From: an uncultured bacterium
Lineage (GTDB): Bacteria > Acidobacteriota > HRBIN11 > JAKEFK01
Direction: 5' to 3'
Assembly (NCBI GenBank): GCA_963777505.1
Contig: CAVZQN010000007.1
Location: 64,001 to 128,000, forward strand
Length of the DNA stretch: 64,000 nucleotides
The translations under genes were made by a program, and so were the position numbers. The notes below the pieces were generated by a model. That model worked only from the letters and a program-made list of their open reading frames with translations, did no database searches and was not told the origin of the DNA. Of this stretch, positions 38,637-47,761 are shown one piece after another (position 1 is the first letter of the stretch; each line of letters begins with the position of its first letter).

Positions 38637-40625
38637 ATGGTCCGTGAAAAACCAGAAGTCATTCTGGTTAATATGCCTTTTCATGGCTACATGCCTTCTC
38701 TTGGATTGAGTTTGCTCAAGTCGTGTCTTTCAGCGAAACAAATCTCAAGCAAGGTGCTGTACTTTGGTCTTCCTTTCGCCGAACGCATCGGCCGTGATTT
38801 GTATCATTGCCTTGCAAATGGCTATCCGCGTCCGATGGATCTGTTGGGCGAATGGATTTTTTCTACATCTTTGTTTGATCGCGAAAATTCGGAATACATC
38901 GAAGAAGTCCTGGTCAAGCGATCGGAAATTTATCCTGACATCGTTGATCACACAATTAACATTCCCGATCGTTTGTTTGAAAAAATCCGTGAGTATCAAT
39001 CGATGGCGCCAGAGTTTGTCGATGACTGTGCGGAAGAAATTTTACGTTACTCGCCCAGAGTCGTCGGGATCGGCAGTGTATTTCATCAGCAAATGGCCTC
39101 GCTTGCTTTGGCGAAACGGCTCAAGGGACTCGCGCCGGAAATTTTGATCGTTCTTGGCGGAGGAAATTGTGAAGGAGTCATGGGTGCCGAAATCGCACGT
39201 CAATTTCCTTTTGTTGATGCGGTTGTCTCCGGCGAAGGTGAATTGGTCTTCCCCGAAATCGTTCAAAAGCATTTACAAAACGAAAGCATTTCCAAATTAA
39301 AAGGCGTCTACACATTTAACAATGCTTCATCCGCATTTGCTTCGAACCAGTTTCCGAATGCTCAAAAAACTCCGCATCTCGATGATCTTCCGTATCCTGA
39401 TTACGATGATTTTTTTGAGCAGCATAACGTAAGCAGCCTGGATTTCGGACGTCAGGTGCTTTTTGAATCCTCACGCGGATGCTGGTGGGGCGAACGAAGT
39501 CATTGCACTTTTTGCGGAATCAGCAGCGAATCAATGAGTTACCGAAGCAAATCTCCTCAACGCGCATTTGAAGAAATCTCTTACCTTTCCGAAAAGTACA
39601 AAAGCAAAAAAGTTCATGTTGTGGATTGCATTCTGGATCTGAAGTATTTCAAGGACTTCCTTCCAAATCTTGCTAAACGTGAAACAAAACTGGATATTTT
39701 TTACGAAGTGAAAGCGAATTTGAAAAAGGATCAGCTTCGCTTGTTACACGATGCAGGTGTTACAACAATCCAACCAGGGATCGAAAGTTTTAGAAACTCG
39801 CTCCTGCAATTGATGGGGAAAGGCGTTACTGCACTGCAGAACATTCAGCTTCTTAAATGGTGCAAGGAGCTGGGAGTACGAGTGTCCTGGAATATTCTCT
39901 GGGGATTTCCAGGAGAGGATCCGGAAGAATATCATCGCATGACTGAACTCATTCCGTACCTTACGCATTTGCCTGCGCCACAAGCAGCTTGTCGAATCCG
40001 GCTTGATCGTTTCAGTCCAAACTATGAGCACGCGAAACAGCTTGGAATCACAAAAGTAAAACCTCATCCGGCTTACTTTTACCTCTATCCTTTTTCAGCG
40101 GAAGTAGTTTCAAACCTTGCATACTTTTTCGATTACGACTACTGCGAAGACCGGGATGTCATGAGTTACACGAATAACTTATGGCATGAAGTGAACAAAT
40201 GGTGGAGTGTTGAAACGGATTCTGATTTATTTTACATGGATAATGGCTCTCACCTCCTTATCTGGGACTTGCGGCCCGTGGCAGTTCAACCGCTCACCGT
40301 CCTAACAGGATTGCAAAAAGTTCTTTACGAAAAATGTCAGGCACCTCAGACGTTAAGCGAATTAAAACGTTCCATTGAAAATAATTGTTCCGATTCGGAT
40401 ATTCAGGTCTTACTGGAACCGGTTATCAATCGCGGGCTGTTAGTTCAAGATCAAAAATCCTATTTGAGTCTTGCGGTTCCATTAGGGGAGTATCAGCCAA
40501 AAGGCGCAGCACTGCAAAAGTTTTGCACGCTTTTGGAGAGACTCGGACAAACTGAAGATATGCAATTTACAATTCCCCAGACAGCTTTCTGTCCGGCGGA
40601 GGAACCGGCATCGGTCGATGTCTGA
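38637..40625 (+). CDS. RiPP maturation radical SAM C-methyltransferase (B12-binding, TIGR03975-like)
   Basis: LVNMPF..PSLGLSLLK, GEWIFS, GGGNCEG B12 domain; ESSRGCWWGERSHCTFCG (CX7CX2C); FYEVKANL, IQPGIES, RLDRFSP; winged-helix-like C-terminus. Confidence 0.92.
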   Translation: MVREKPEVILVNMPFHGYMPSLGLSLLKSCLSAKQISSKVLYFGLPFAERIGRDLYHCLANGYPRPMDLLGEWIFSTSLFDRENSEYIEEVLVKRSEIYPDIVDHTINIPDRLFEKIREYQSMAPEFVDDCAEEILRYSPRVVGIGSVFHQQMASLALAKRLKGLAPEILIVLGGGNCEGVMGAEIARQFPFVDAVVSGEGELVFPEIVQKHLQNESISKLKGVYTFNNASSAFASNQFPNAQKTPHLDDLPYPDYDDFFEQHNVSSLDFGRQVLFESSRGCWWGERSHCTFCGISSESMSYRSKSPQRAFEEISYLSEKYKSKKVHVVDCILDLKYFKDFLPNLAKRETKLDIFYEVKANLKKDQLRLLHDAGVTTIQPGIESFRNSLLQLMGKGVTALQNIQLLKWCKELGVRVSWNILWGFPGEDPEEYHRMTELIPYLTHLPAPQAACRIRLDRFSPNYEHAKQLGITKVKPHPAYFYLYPFSAEVVSNLAYFFDYDYCEDRDVMSYTNNLWHEVNKWWSVETDSDLFYMDNGSHLLIWDLRPVAVQPLTVLTGLQKVLYEKCQAPQTLSELKRSIENNCSDSDIQVLLEPVINRGLLVQDQKSYLSLAVPLGEYQPKGAALQKFCTLLERLGQTEDMQFTIPQTAFCPAEEPASVDV

Positions 40626-41625
40626 TCATTCCGAACAAAAGGATATCGAATATCTGCAACGGCTTTCCATTTCCCATTTTGCTACACGCATCTTGATGTC
40701 CGGTATTCAAATCGGGGTGTTTGAAACGATCGGTGATGGAGAAAAAACAGCGGATGAAATCGCCGAACTCACAGCAAGCTCTGTTCGCGGTGTCCGCATG
40801 CTTTTGGATTGTCTGGTTTCGTTTCATTTACTGACAAAATCAAATCAGCGATACCGGCTTGCTCCAATTTCATTTCGTTATCTCAGAAAAAACAGTCCAG
40901 AGTACATGGCGCATTTGTGGGAAGAGGAGTCGACCCTGGAGTATTGGAATCATTTGAATCAAGTGATCCGTTCAGGTAAGCCCATACGAAAGAAAGGAAG
41001 CCCGGCGGAGGAAGCCGCATCATTTGATGCACTTGCCCGCAGTCTTTATGTAGTGCAATGGAAATCTGCTCAAATAGCAGCGAAGATTCTTTGCTCACCC
41101 AGCGATGTCAAATTGAATGTATTGGATGTTGCGTGTGGATCAGGAGTTTGGGGCATTGCGATTGCGGAAGCCGATCCACATGCCCGAATTGTGGCACATG
41201 ATTTTGCTGAGATTCTGGAAATCACAAAAAACTACGTGACGCAGCATCATGTTGATGAACAATTCACTTATATGGCCGGTGATTTAAGTGCTATAGATTT
41301 TGGCGAAAGCAGATTCGATCTCGCGATCCTTGGAAACATTGTCCATTCTGAAGGCGAACGATCTTCACGCGAATTGTTCACCCGCATTCATCGATCACTC
41401 AAAGATTCAGGAAGAATCGCAATCATCGACATTCTTCCAGATAACGAACGCACAGGGCCTCAATCTTCTTTGATCGTAGCTCTTGCAATGTTACTCGACA
41501 CTGAAGAAGGTGATCTCTTCACACTTTCCGAATATACAGCGTGGTTAACGGAAGCAGGGTTTGTTGGAGTCGAAACCGCCGACATCTCTTATCATTCCCC
41601 GATGATCCTCGCACGCAAAGGATAA
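40618..41625 (+). CDS. SAM-dependent methyltransferase, O-methyltransferase family 2 with dimerisation domain
   Basis: N-terminal wHTH (TADEIAELT), VLDVACGSG, AGDL, GRIAIID, EYTAWLTEAGF; 8-nt overlap with the rSAM gene. Confidence 0.9.
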   Translation: MSDHSEQKDIEYLQRLSISHFATRILMSGIQIGVFETIGDGEKTADEIAELTASSVRGVRMLLDCLVSFHLLTKSNQRYRLAPISFRYLRKNSPEYMAHLWEEESTLEYWNHLNQVIRSGKPIRKKGSPAEEAASFDALARSLYVVQWKSAQIAAKILCSPSDVKLNVLDVACGSGVWGIAIAEADPHARIVAHDFAEILEITKNYVTQHHVDEQFTYMAGDLSAIDFGESRFDLAILGNIVHSEGERSSRELFTRIHRSLKDSGRIAIIDILPDNERTGPQSSLIVALAMLLDTEEGDLFTLSEYTAWLTEAGFVGVETADISYHSPMILARKG

Positions 41626-41630
41626 CGGTG

Positions 41631-42812
41631 CTACTCATTTATCTCCGCCAGAGTGAATAGCCTTCCCCTGTCATAGAGATTAAGGTTTCCCGCAGTCCGG
41701 CCTTCAAGAATATCGATATCCGTGTTCACCTTAGTATTTTTTGTCGGTTCATTTGTTGACTGATACATCGAAGCGGCCTGTTTCAAATCACGAAGAGCGT
41801 TCTCGTCTTCGCCAAGATAGTAGAAGACAATTCCGCGATCGTGATAAAACTCAGCGCGTTTGGGATCGAGTTCGATCGCGCGATTGAAATCTGAAAGCGC
41901 CTCCGGATCATTTTCTAGCTGAAACTGCACACGAGCTCGTGCAGCGTAATAATCTTCAGACTTAACATCACGGATCGCAACCTCAAGATCTGCCAGTGCT
42001 TCTTTAGGTCTTTTCAGCTCCATTAATACAAGTCCACGATGATAGTAAGCCATAGGAAAATCAGAATGTGTTTGAATGGCTTCTGAAAAATCCTGGAGCG
42101 CCGCATCTAGATGTCCATTCAACAAGCATTGACCACCACGATTGTGCAATGCCATAGCAAGCCGCATAGAATCAGATTGACGGCGCAAATCATCAACCAT
42201 TCCGGTATCTTTGAATGATAGATCGCCTGAACAATCTGCGTTGTAGATATCGAAGTATTCAGACGCAATTTTTTGTTTGCCGATCCATAAATCAACGCGA
42301 TAGATTCCTTGAGTCCATTGCCCCATCGTATAACTGTGACTCATATAGGAATATTCCCAGTTCGATTCGATGGAGTGCCTCGAAGAATAGCGATAAAAGA
42401 GTTTGCCACCTCTATACCATTCCGAATCGATCTGGAAGGTAACAATTTGGCCGGGCGCTTTATGCGTCAGATTCAATTCCCAGTTGATATATCGTGACCT
42501 TCGCGCATCGAAACTAATTCGATACTGGCGTTGCTCTTTTGCTGGAGGGTAGTATGGTCCTTCAAAGAATCGAACGGCGTCAATGTTTGCACTAATTGAT
42601 GGAATAGATGGATGAAGAAATGTATGTTTGCGTCTGTTTGGATATTCTGCGTTAGCTGCAGGCCTTTCACCAGTACCAGAATCGTACCCAACACCGTGTC
42701 CGACAATGGCTGAATCGTTTGACTCGCTTAGTTGATTCTGATTAACCTTTCCTTGATCGCATGAACAAAGTGCAATAAGCAAAGTTGCTGCGATCAAGAA
42801 TTGCTTTTGCAT
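41631..42812 (-). CDS. TPR-repeat lipoprotein
   Basis: MQKQFLIAATLLIALCSC lipobox-like start with AGGAG RBS; beta-rich middle domain; about four TPRs (HNRG..DFSEAI, YYHRG, YHDRG). Confidence 0.75.
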   Translation of the reverse strand: MQKQFLIAATLLIALCSCDQGKVNQNQLSESNDSAIVGHGVGYDSGTGERPAANAEYPNRRKHTFLHPSIPSISANIDAVRFFEGPYYPPAKEQRQYRISFDARRSRYINWELNLTHKAPGQIVTFQIDSEWYRGGKLFYRYSSRHSIESNWEYSYMSHSYTMGQWTQGIYRVDLWIGKQKIASEYFDIYNADCSGDLSFKDTGMVDDLRRQSDSMRLAMALHNRGGQCLLNGHLDAALQDFSEAIQTHSDFPMAYYHRGLVLMELKRPKEALADLEVAIRDVKSEDYYAARARVQFQLENDPEALSDFNRAIELDPKRAEFYHDRGIVFYYLGEDENALRDLKQAASMYQSTNEPTKNTKVNTDIDILEGRTAGNLNLYDRGRLFTLAEINE

Positions 42813-42931
42813 TCTCCTATTATATTGAACCTTTGCGGATTCATATGAGCAAATTATGCTGACTCGATTCTCCAAGAAGATTCTGATGACTGTGAACAAT
42901 CTTATAGAGCCAAGAACCATCCGATCCTCTG

Positions 42932-43639
42932 ATGTCTTTTCTGTATCCACCCGTGAAAGTAATGTTCCCGCATCTGAATGGAAACGCAAAGATCCACATG
43001 TCATCCAAATTTGCAGGATGCGGAGAAGAAATCAAAGAATATAAAGTTGACGAATTCAAACAGGCTACCGGCGTTGAATATCTTTCAACTCTGGAGTTTC
43101 AAGATGAGAATACTAGACAGCGCATCAGCGAACAATGTACCCATGCATCACAAAACGGTTACATCGACTCAAAGAGAAAATGGCTTGGAGCTTTATATCA
43201 GGATCAAATCAGAACTCATTACGTCGCAGATGTTTCGATCCGCTGGATTAATGAATCACTGGAATATGGTTTATTCGCGAATCAAAATATCGGCGCATGG
43301 GATTTTATCGGAGAATATACAGGAGTCGTTCGGAGACGTTATCCTATCTTTGGAACAATGAGTGATTACTGCTTTTTATATCCGACCTCCCGATACTTCT
43401 ACGGAAAGCACGTTTTAGACGCCAAAATAAAGGGTAATGAAATCCGTTATGCAAATCACAGCGATGATCCAAACTGCGAAGTCACCGGAATCTTCGGTGA
43501 GGAATTATTTCATTTGATTTTGAGAGCCATCAAGAATATTCCAGCAGGAACGCAATTAACATATGATTATGGCCCACGATACTGGAGATGGAGATCTTGC
43601 TTACCTAATGTTAACGGATCTGAATTCGAAAATATGTAA
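42932..43639 (+). CDS. SET domain protein-lysine methyltransferase (start uncertain, possible frameshift near 43020)
   Basis: YGLFA, FIGEYTG, GNEIRYANHSDDPN, QLTYDYG SET motifs. Confidence 0.85.
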   Translation: MSFLYPPVKVMFPHLNGNAKIHMSSKFAGCGEEIKEYKVDEFKQATGVEYLSTLEFQDENTRQRISEQCTHASQNGYIDSKRKWLGALYQDQIRTHYVADVSIRWINESLEYGLFANQNIGAWDFIGEYTGVVRRRYPIFGTMSDYCFLYPTSRYFYGKHVLDAKIKGNEIRYANHSDDPNCEVTGIFGEELFHLILRAIKNIPAGTQLTYDYGPRYWRWRSCLPNVNGSEFENM

Positions 43640-44316
43640 ACACGTTAGAAACGCGCTTTTTATTGGGATCGCTTTAATCACTTTTTCATGCGGCAATCCA
43701 GATCGGAACTCTACCGCAATTCTCAAAGAACTACTCACGCAATCATTGTGATTCTTCTCGCATCACTGCAAAGAAACGGGAACGCCCGGCGCAATCCTTG
43801 CCGTCGAGAAGTTCATCCCTGCTTTTCCGGATGGGAATAAGATCACCGTGCGCCAACTGCTGCAACACACGACCGGCTTGAAAGATTTTTACTCATATCT
43901 CTATTACCGTCCCGATCGAAATGAAATGATCAAGCTGGTTACAAAACGTTGGAGCCAACCAGAATTGATTGAACTCTCCAGCCGCTTTGGGCTTTGGTTC
44001 GACCCCGGAACTGATTGGGCATACAGCAGCACAAACTATTTCCTTCTTGGTGTCATTATCGAACACGCTAGCGGATTGCAACTTCCTGAAGCCTATCGGC
44101 ATTACATTTATGATCCTCTCAAAATTACACAAACATGGCTTCCTCATCATGAAGAAGATCGTGGAATTTTACCGACAGATTATATGGGAAAAGTTACTCT
44201 GGTACATTCCTGATCGCGATATCACACTCGCGTTATATTTCAACCGAGGTTTTATCGATCAGAGAGCGATCCTACAACAACTATTGACTGTAATCTCAGA
44301 AATGGCAGTTAGATAA
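43632..44316 (+). pseudogene. Degenerate serine hydrolase (beta-lactamase family) remnant
   Basis: ITVRQLLQHTTGL and PGTDWAYSSTNYFLLG present, but the SxxK region and C-terminal motifs are missing; several short fragments. Confidence 0.65.
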
Positions 44317-44369
44317 CTCAACCGCAAAGATGCACAAGAGTTTAGCTGGCTAGGAATGCAAACGCTCTT

Positions 44370-44717
44370 TCAAACGTTTAACAATTCGATTGCTTCAGAT
44401 TCAGAAACAACAATAGGAAAGTATTTATGTAATCCTGAAAGGTTGATCATCTGTTCAACTCTAGGATTCACACCAATTAATACAACCTTACCCCCACTTT
44501 CAATAATTTCATTCCGGGCTTTAATCAGCTCACCGATTCCCGAACCTGAAATTCCTTCAGCCCGCTGAATGTCTAAAATCAGCTTTACTGCTGGCCCCTG
44601 ACATAACCGTTCAAATTCTTTCCCCAATGGAGTAATATGTCCCGCTTCAATATTTCCAGAAATGCTAAGCATTTGAATATTGGATGATGAATTAATAAGT
44701 TTTAAATCTAATTTCAT
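44370..44717 (-). CDS. STAS domain anti-sigma factor antagonist
   Basis: LSISGNI, LILDI..ISGSGIGEL, GKVVL..NPRVEQMINLSGL. Confidence 0.8.
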   Translation of the reverse strand: MKLDLKLINSSSNIQMLSISGNIEAGHITPLGKEFERLCQGPAVKLILDIQRAEGISGSGIGELIKARNEIIESGGKVVLIGVNPRVEQMINLSGLHKYFPIVVSESEAIELLNV

Positions 44718-44864
44718 AGAATACTAATATAAGTTATTTTAACAAAAAGCACGATCTGTTTGCATTTAGCGTGCATTTGTGGGAGAATAAAACGATCAAC
44801 TTACCCGAATTAGGGCGCTCAAGTCCTTCCGTAAACAGCCCCGTCCGCTTGTGTATCGGAACGA

Positions 44865-45128
44865 ATGAAGCAGGAGCATTTTGTGAGAAAAAAATACGAT
44901 GAAGAAATGACCGAAAAACAAGCTGCACGGATCATTGAGACATACGATAATGCCTCCAGGAATGGAGAAGAGTGGGCACATGATGTATTTCTGCATCGTG
45001 GTACTGAGAAATATGAAAGGAGTATCGCTGAGTTAAATGAGGCCTTTCGACTCAAAGAAATCAATAAAACTGTAAAGCAATTACCTGGTATCGTTCCCAC
45101 CATCTCAGCTCGAAGAAGAACGCGCTAG
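44865..45128 (+). CDS. Hypothetical protein
   Basis: 87-aa charged ORF, no recognisable domain. Confidence 0.35.
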   Translation: MKQEHFVRKKYDEEMTEKQAARIIETYDNASRNGEEWAHDVFLHRGTEKYERSIAELNEAFRLKEINKTVKQLPGIVPTISARRRTR

Positions 45129-45334
45129 ACAAGAAAATTTGCTTTATTCCAAGTTTTCCCCTACAATATTCAAAGTCTACAAGTTAAATCTGCTAGACAA
45201 ACACGCTGAAAGCCTTCCGCTCAACAGTTTTTCGGTATTTTATATCTTCTCGGCCTTTCATTCTTGAAATGGGGTCCTAGATAATATTTACGAGAGCCTG
45301 TGCTCGGCCCCTTTCAGTATTATAAGGAGAAGAA

Positions 45335-45649
45335 ATGCAAAAGAAGCTTTATGTAGGCGGTTTGTCCTACAACACAGATGTTGAAGAAGTTCGTGAACTC
45401 TTTGTTCAGGCGGGAGAAGTAATTTCCGCAAACATCATTAAAGATAAGTTCACCAATCAGTCACGCGGTTTTGGTTTTGTCGAAATGGCAACCGAAGAAC
45501 AAGCAGCTGAAGCGATCAAAATGTTTAATGGTAAAGAACTTGGTGGGCGCACCCTTACTGTAAACGAATCCAAGCCTCAGGAAAAACGTAATTTTTCTGG
45601 CGGCGGTGGCAATGGCGGCGGTTACAAAGGAAGAGGTCAGCGCTGGTAA
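45335..45649 (+). CDS. RRM RNA-binding protein with Gly-rich tail
   Basis: LYVGGL (RNP2), RGFGFVEM (RNP1), GGGGNGGGY tail; AAGGAG RBS. Confidence 0.95.
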   Translation: MQKKLYVGGLSYNTDVEEVRELFVQAGEVISANIIKDKFTNQSRGFGFVEMATEEQAAEAIKMFNGKELGGRTLTVNESKPQEKRNFSGGGGNGGGYKGRGQRW

Positions 45650-45669
45650 TCCAGCTCTTTTATACATCG

Positions 45670-45698
45670 AACCCTCCGGCTTTTCCGGAGGGTTTTTT
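45670..45698 (+). terminator. Rho-independent terminator
   Basis: AACCCTCCGG-loop-CCGGAGGGTT followed by a T run. Confidence 0.85.
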
Positions 45699-45761
45699 AT
45701 TTAGAAGATGATGGTCTATTATTAGCGCAGCACTCGGATAGCGAGTAAAACAAGGAGCTTA

Positions 45762-45926
45762 ATGAGACAATATTATAAGAGTGATAAAAAGAGACGCGAA
45801 GACAACCAAAGAAAGAAGAGTGAAGAAAAACGTAACAAACGTTTGAATAAGAGTCCGCAACAAAACAAAACTCAAACCGGACCAGAACCGAAACCAAATC
45901 CTGAACCAATTAGATCTGACAATTGA
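45762..45926 (+). CDS. Small basic protein, 54 aa (not in ORF track)
   Basis: AAGGAG RBS; MRQYYKSDKKRREDNQRKKSEEKRNKRLNKSPQQNKTQTGPEPKPNPEPIRSDN. Confidence 0.55.
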   Translation: MRQYYKSDKKRREDNQRKKSEEKRNKRLNKSPQQNKTQTGPEPKPNPEPIRSDN

Positions 45927-45992
45927 GCCGTAATTCCATAACTAGATAGGAATTCCGGTTGCGCTATACAGCTTTAGTTTAAAGTTTCTATT

Positions 45993-46859
45993 TCACCGAT
46001 CGCGCTTGTTCGTTGAGAAATGTACCGGATCGCGGAAGATCTGTAGCGCACGATAATAAAATAGTGCATTTGGTTTTTTATCTCCGCATCTCAATTTCTT
46101 CAAAAATGCCGCTTCCTCTTCTGCCAGATCGACAGACATCACACGATCCTTTAGAAAATTCGTAAACCCAGGTTGCTCCTCTCCTGATTCGGGTTCTAAT
46201 TCGACAAAGGCAAATCTTCGTAACTGGGCTTCACCGAGCTTTGCGGTTGACTCAACAATCATGTCAAAATTTCGGAGATCGATATCCCAGGACTTAATCA
46301 GTGGTTCGAGAAAATAAATGGAATTCTGCAGCGACAAGTTATAGATGTCGGTATCAAGGAATTCAAGCACAATGACGCGCATCTCCTGAAACTTTTTCTC
46401 ATTAACACGGGCTATTTGACTGAGCCATTTGTCATTACTCCAACCCTGTTTCGTGATCTCTTTTGCAATATCAAGGAGCTTTTGTGTAACGATGCGCTCA
46501 ATTTCTCCAAAAGGTTCCTTTTCGAAAATGTGCCGAAGCTCTTTATGTTTGTCCGCGTTGCATTTACTCAGCACAATCTCACGGACTTCGTCAAACAAAG
46601 GACGCGGTGGATAGTCAAACTTCCGCTTTAGATTTTGCGTTCGTTGTAATTCCGCAAGCTTTGATAAATCTCCCGGCGAAAGCTTCAAGAATTTTTCCAT
46701 CCTTGTATATAGATCAGTCCTGTCCGGCGAAGGCGGCTGCTTTTTTCGTTTAAGCAACTGTGAAATAAAAGAAGGTGTCACTCGGGCGGCATCAGCCAAA
46801 TCCTGCTGCACATAACCCAACTCTTGCAATCGCACACTTACAAGCTCTGCAACATCCAT
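45993..46859 (-). CDS. XRE-family HTH transcriptional regulator with long C-terminal domain
   Basis: LQELGYVQQDLADAARVTPSFISQL HTH. Confidence 0.8.
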   Translation of the reverse strand: MDVAELVSVRLQELGYVQQDLADAARVTPSFISQLLKRKKQPPSPDRTDLYTRMEKFLKLSPGDLSKLAELQRTQNLKRKFDYPPRPLFDEVREIVLSKCNADKHKELRHIFEKEPFGEIERIVTQKLLDIAKEITKQGWSNDKWLSQIARVNEKKFQEMRVIVLEFLDTDIYNLSLQNSIYFLEPLIKSWDIDLRNFDMIVESTAKLGEAQLRRFAFVELEPESGEEQPGFTNFLKDRVMSVDLAEEEAAFLKKLRCGDKKPNALFYYRALQIFRDPVHFSTNKRDR

Positions 46860-47004
46860 ATCTCTTAAGTCTCCAATATTAAGTGATTTTGGTTAATTAT
46901 AGAAAAACCATAACTCCACTGCAAGTGTAACATAATGCAACTCTTATTGGTGATAGGGAAATCTTAGTTAAATACGCAAGCTCGAATTCAAGGAGGACGG
47001 ATCC

Positions 47005-47033
47005 TTGACACGTACGATAAATTAATCTATTCT
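47005..47033 (+). promoter_or_regulatory. Sigma70 promoter
   Basis: TTGACA-N17-TATTCT upstream of 47097. Confidence 0.7.
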
Positions 47034-47096
47034 AGTTAAGTGATTTTTAGGTAGTAAGAGTCTATCTAGATCATGGTCGAAGCAGGAGTTTGGATA

Positions 47097-47417
47097 ATGT
47101 ATGCACGCTTAGTTCACATGAAACTGAAAAAGGATTCAGAGGCAAAGTTTGCCAAGATCTTCGAAAACGAAATCGTTCCGATCTTGTCAAAGCAGGAAGG
47201 TTTTCGCCATGCACTTACGCTATCGGCGAAGGAACGCTCAGAAGTAACCGGAATTACTTTCTGGAACAAAAGACAGAGCGCAGAAAATTATAACGCCGCA
47301 GCATATTCTGAGGTATTGAAAAGCCTGTCTAGTGTCATTGATGGAACGCCGGAAGTTAAGACTTTCGTGGTAACCAGTTCCACTCTGCGTAAAAGTCCGG
47401 CTGGACAACCTACCTAA
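47097..47417 (+). CDS. Antibiotic biosynthesis monooxygenase (ABM) family protein
   Basis: MYARLV..IVPILSKQEGF..ITFW..AENY dimeric alpha/beta barrel pattern; AGGAG RBS. Confidence 0.8.
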   Translation: MYARLVHMKLKKDSEAKFAKIFENEIVPILSKQEGFRHALTLSAKERSEVTGITFWNKRQSAENYNAAAYSEVLKSLSSVIDGTPEVKTFVVTSSTLRKSPAGQPT

Positions 47418-47433
47418 TCATCCCCTTTTTCTT

Positions 47434-47467
47434 AGTTGAGAGAGCGCCGCAAACCGTTCTCTCAACT
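47434..47467 (+). terminator. Hairpin after ABM gene
   Basis: AGTTGAGAGA...TCTCTCAACT inverted repeat. Confidence 0.5.
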
Positions 47468-47761
47468 TATGCATCTCATCAGTTCTTTTTATAAACTTAT
47501 AATGACTTGATCACTTCCACTCTAGTTTCCTGTAAAGCAGCACCATTCCCCTGCCCTTGGACAATCTTCTTCACGTACCACTTCAGCAGCTCATTTCCGA
47601 AATCATGTTCGACATATCACTAACGCAAAGATACTACGGGAACGCGTGGCCTTTTTATGAAAAATCCGAGCCTTACCTCTAAATCGCTACGCGAATCAGT
47701 GGCGACGTTATCCTGCGATTTACTCAAAATTGTAATCAGTTCGCATTACTGGAGGTAAACG

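Noticed and set aside
37963-41625. Bona fide bottromycin or proteusin cluster
   Set aside because: No YcaO, epimerase, NHLP leader, peptidase or transporter; core lacks Cys and is internal rather than N-terminal.
45993-47417. Toxin-antitoxin or prophage repressor module
   Set aside because: The partner is an ABM-fold protein and there are no phage, integrase or toxin genes nearby.
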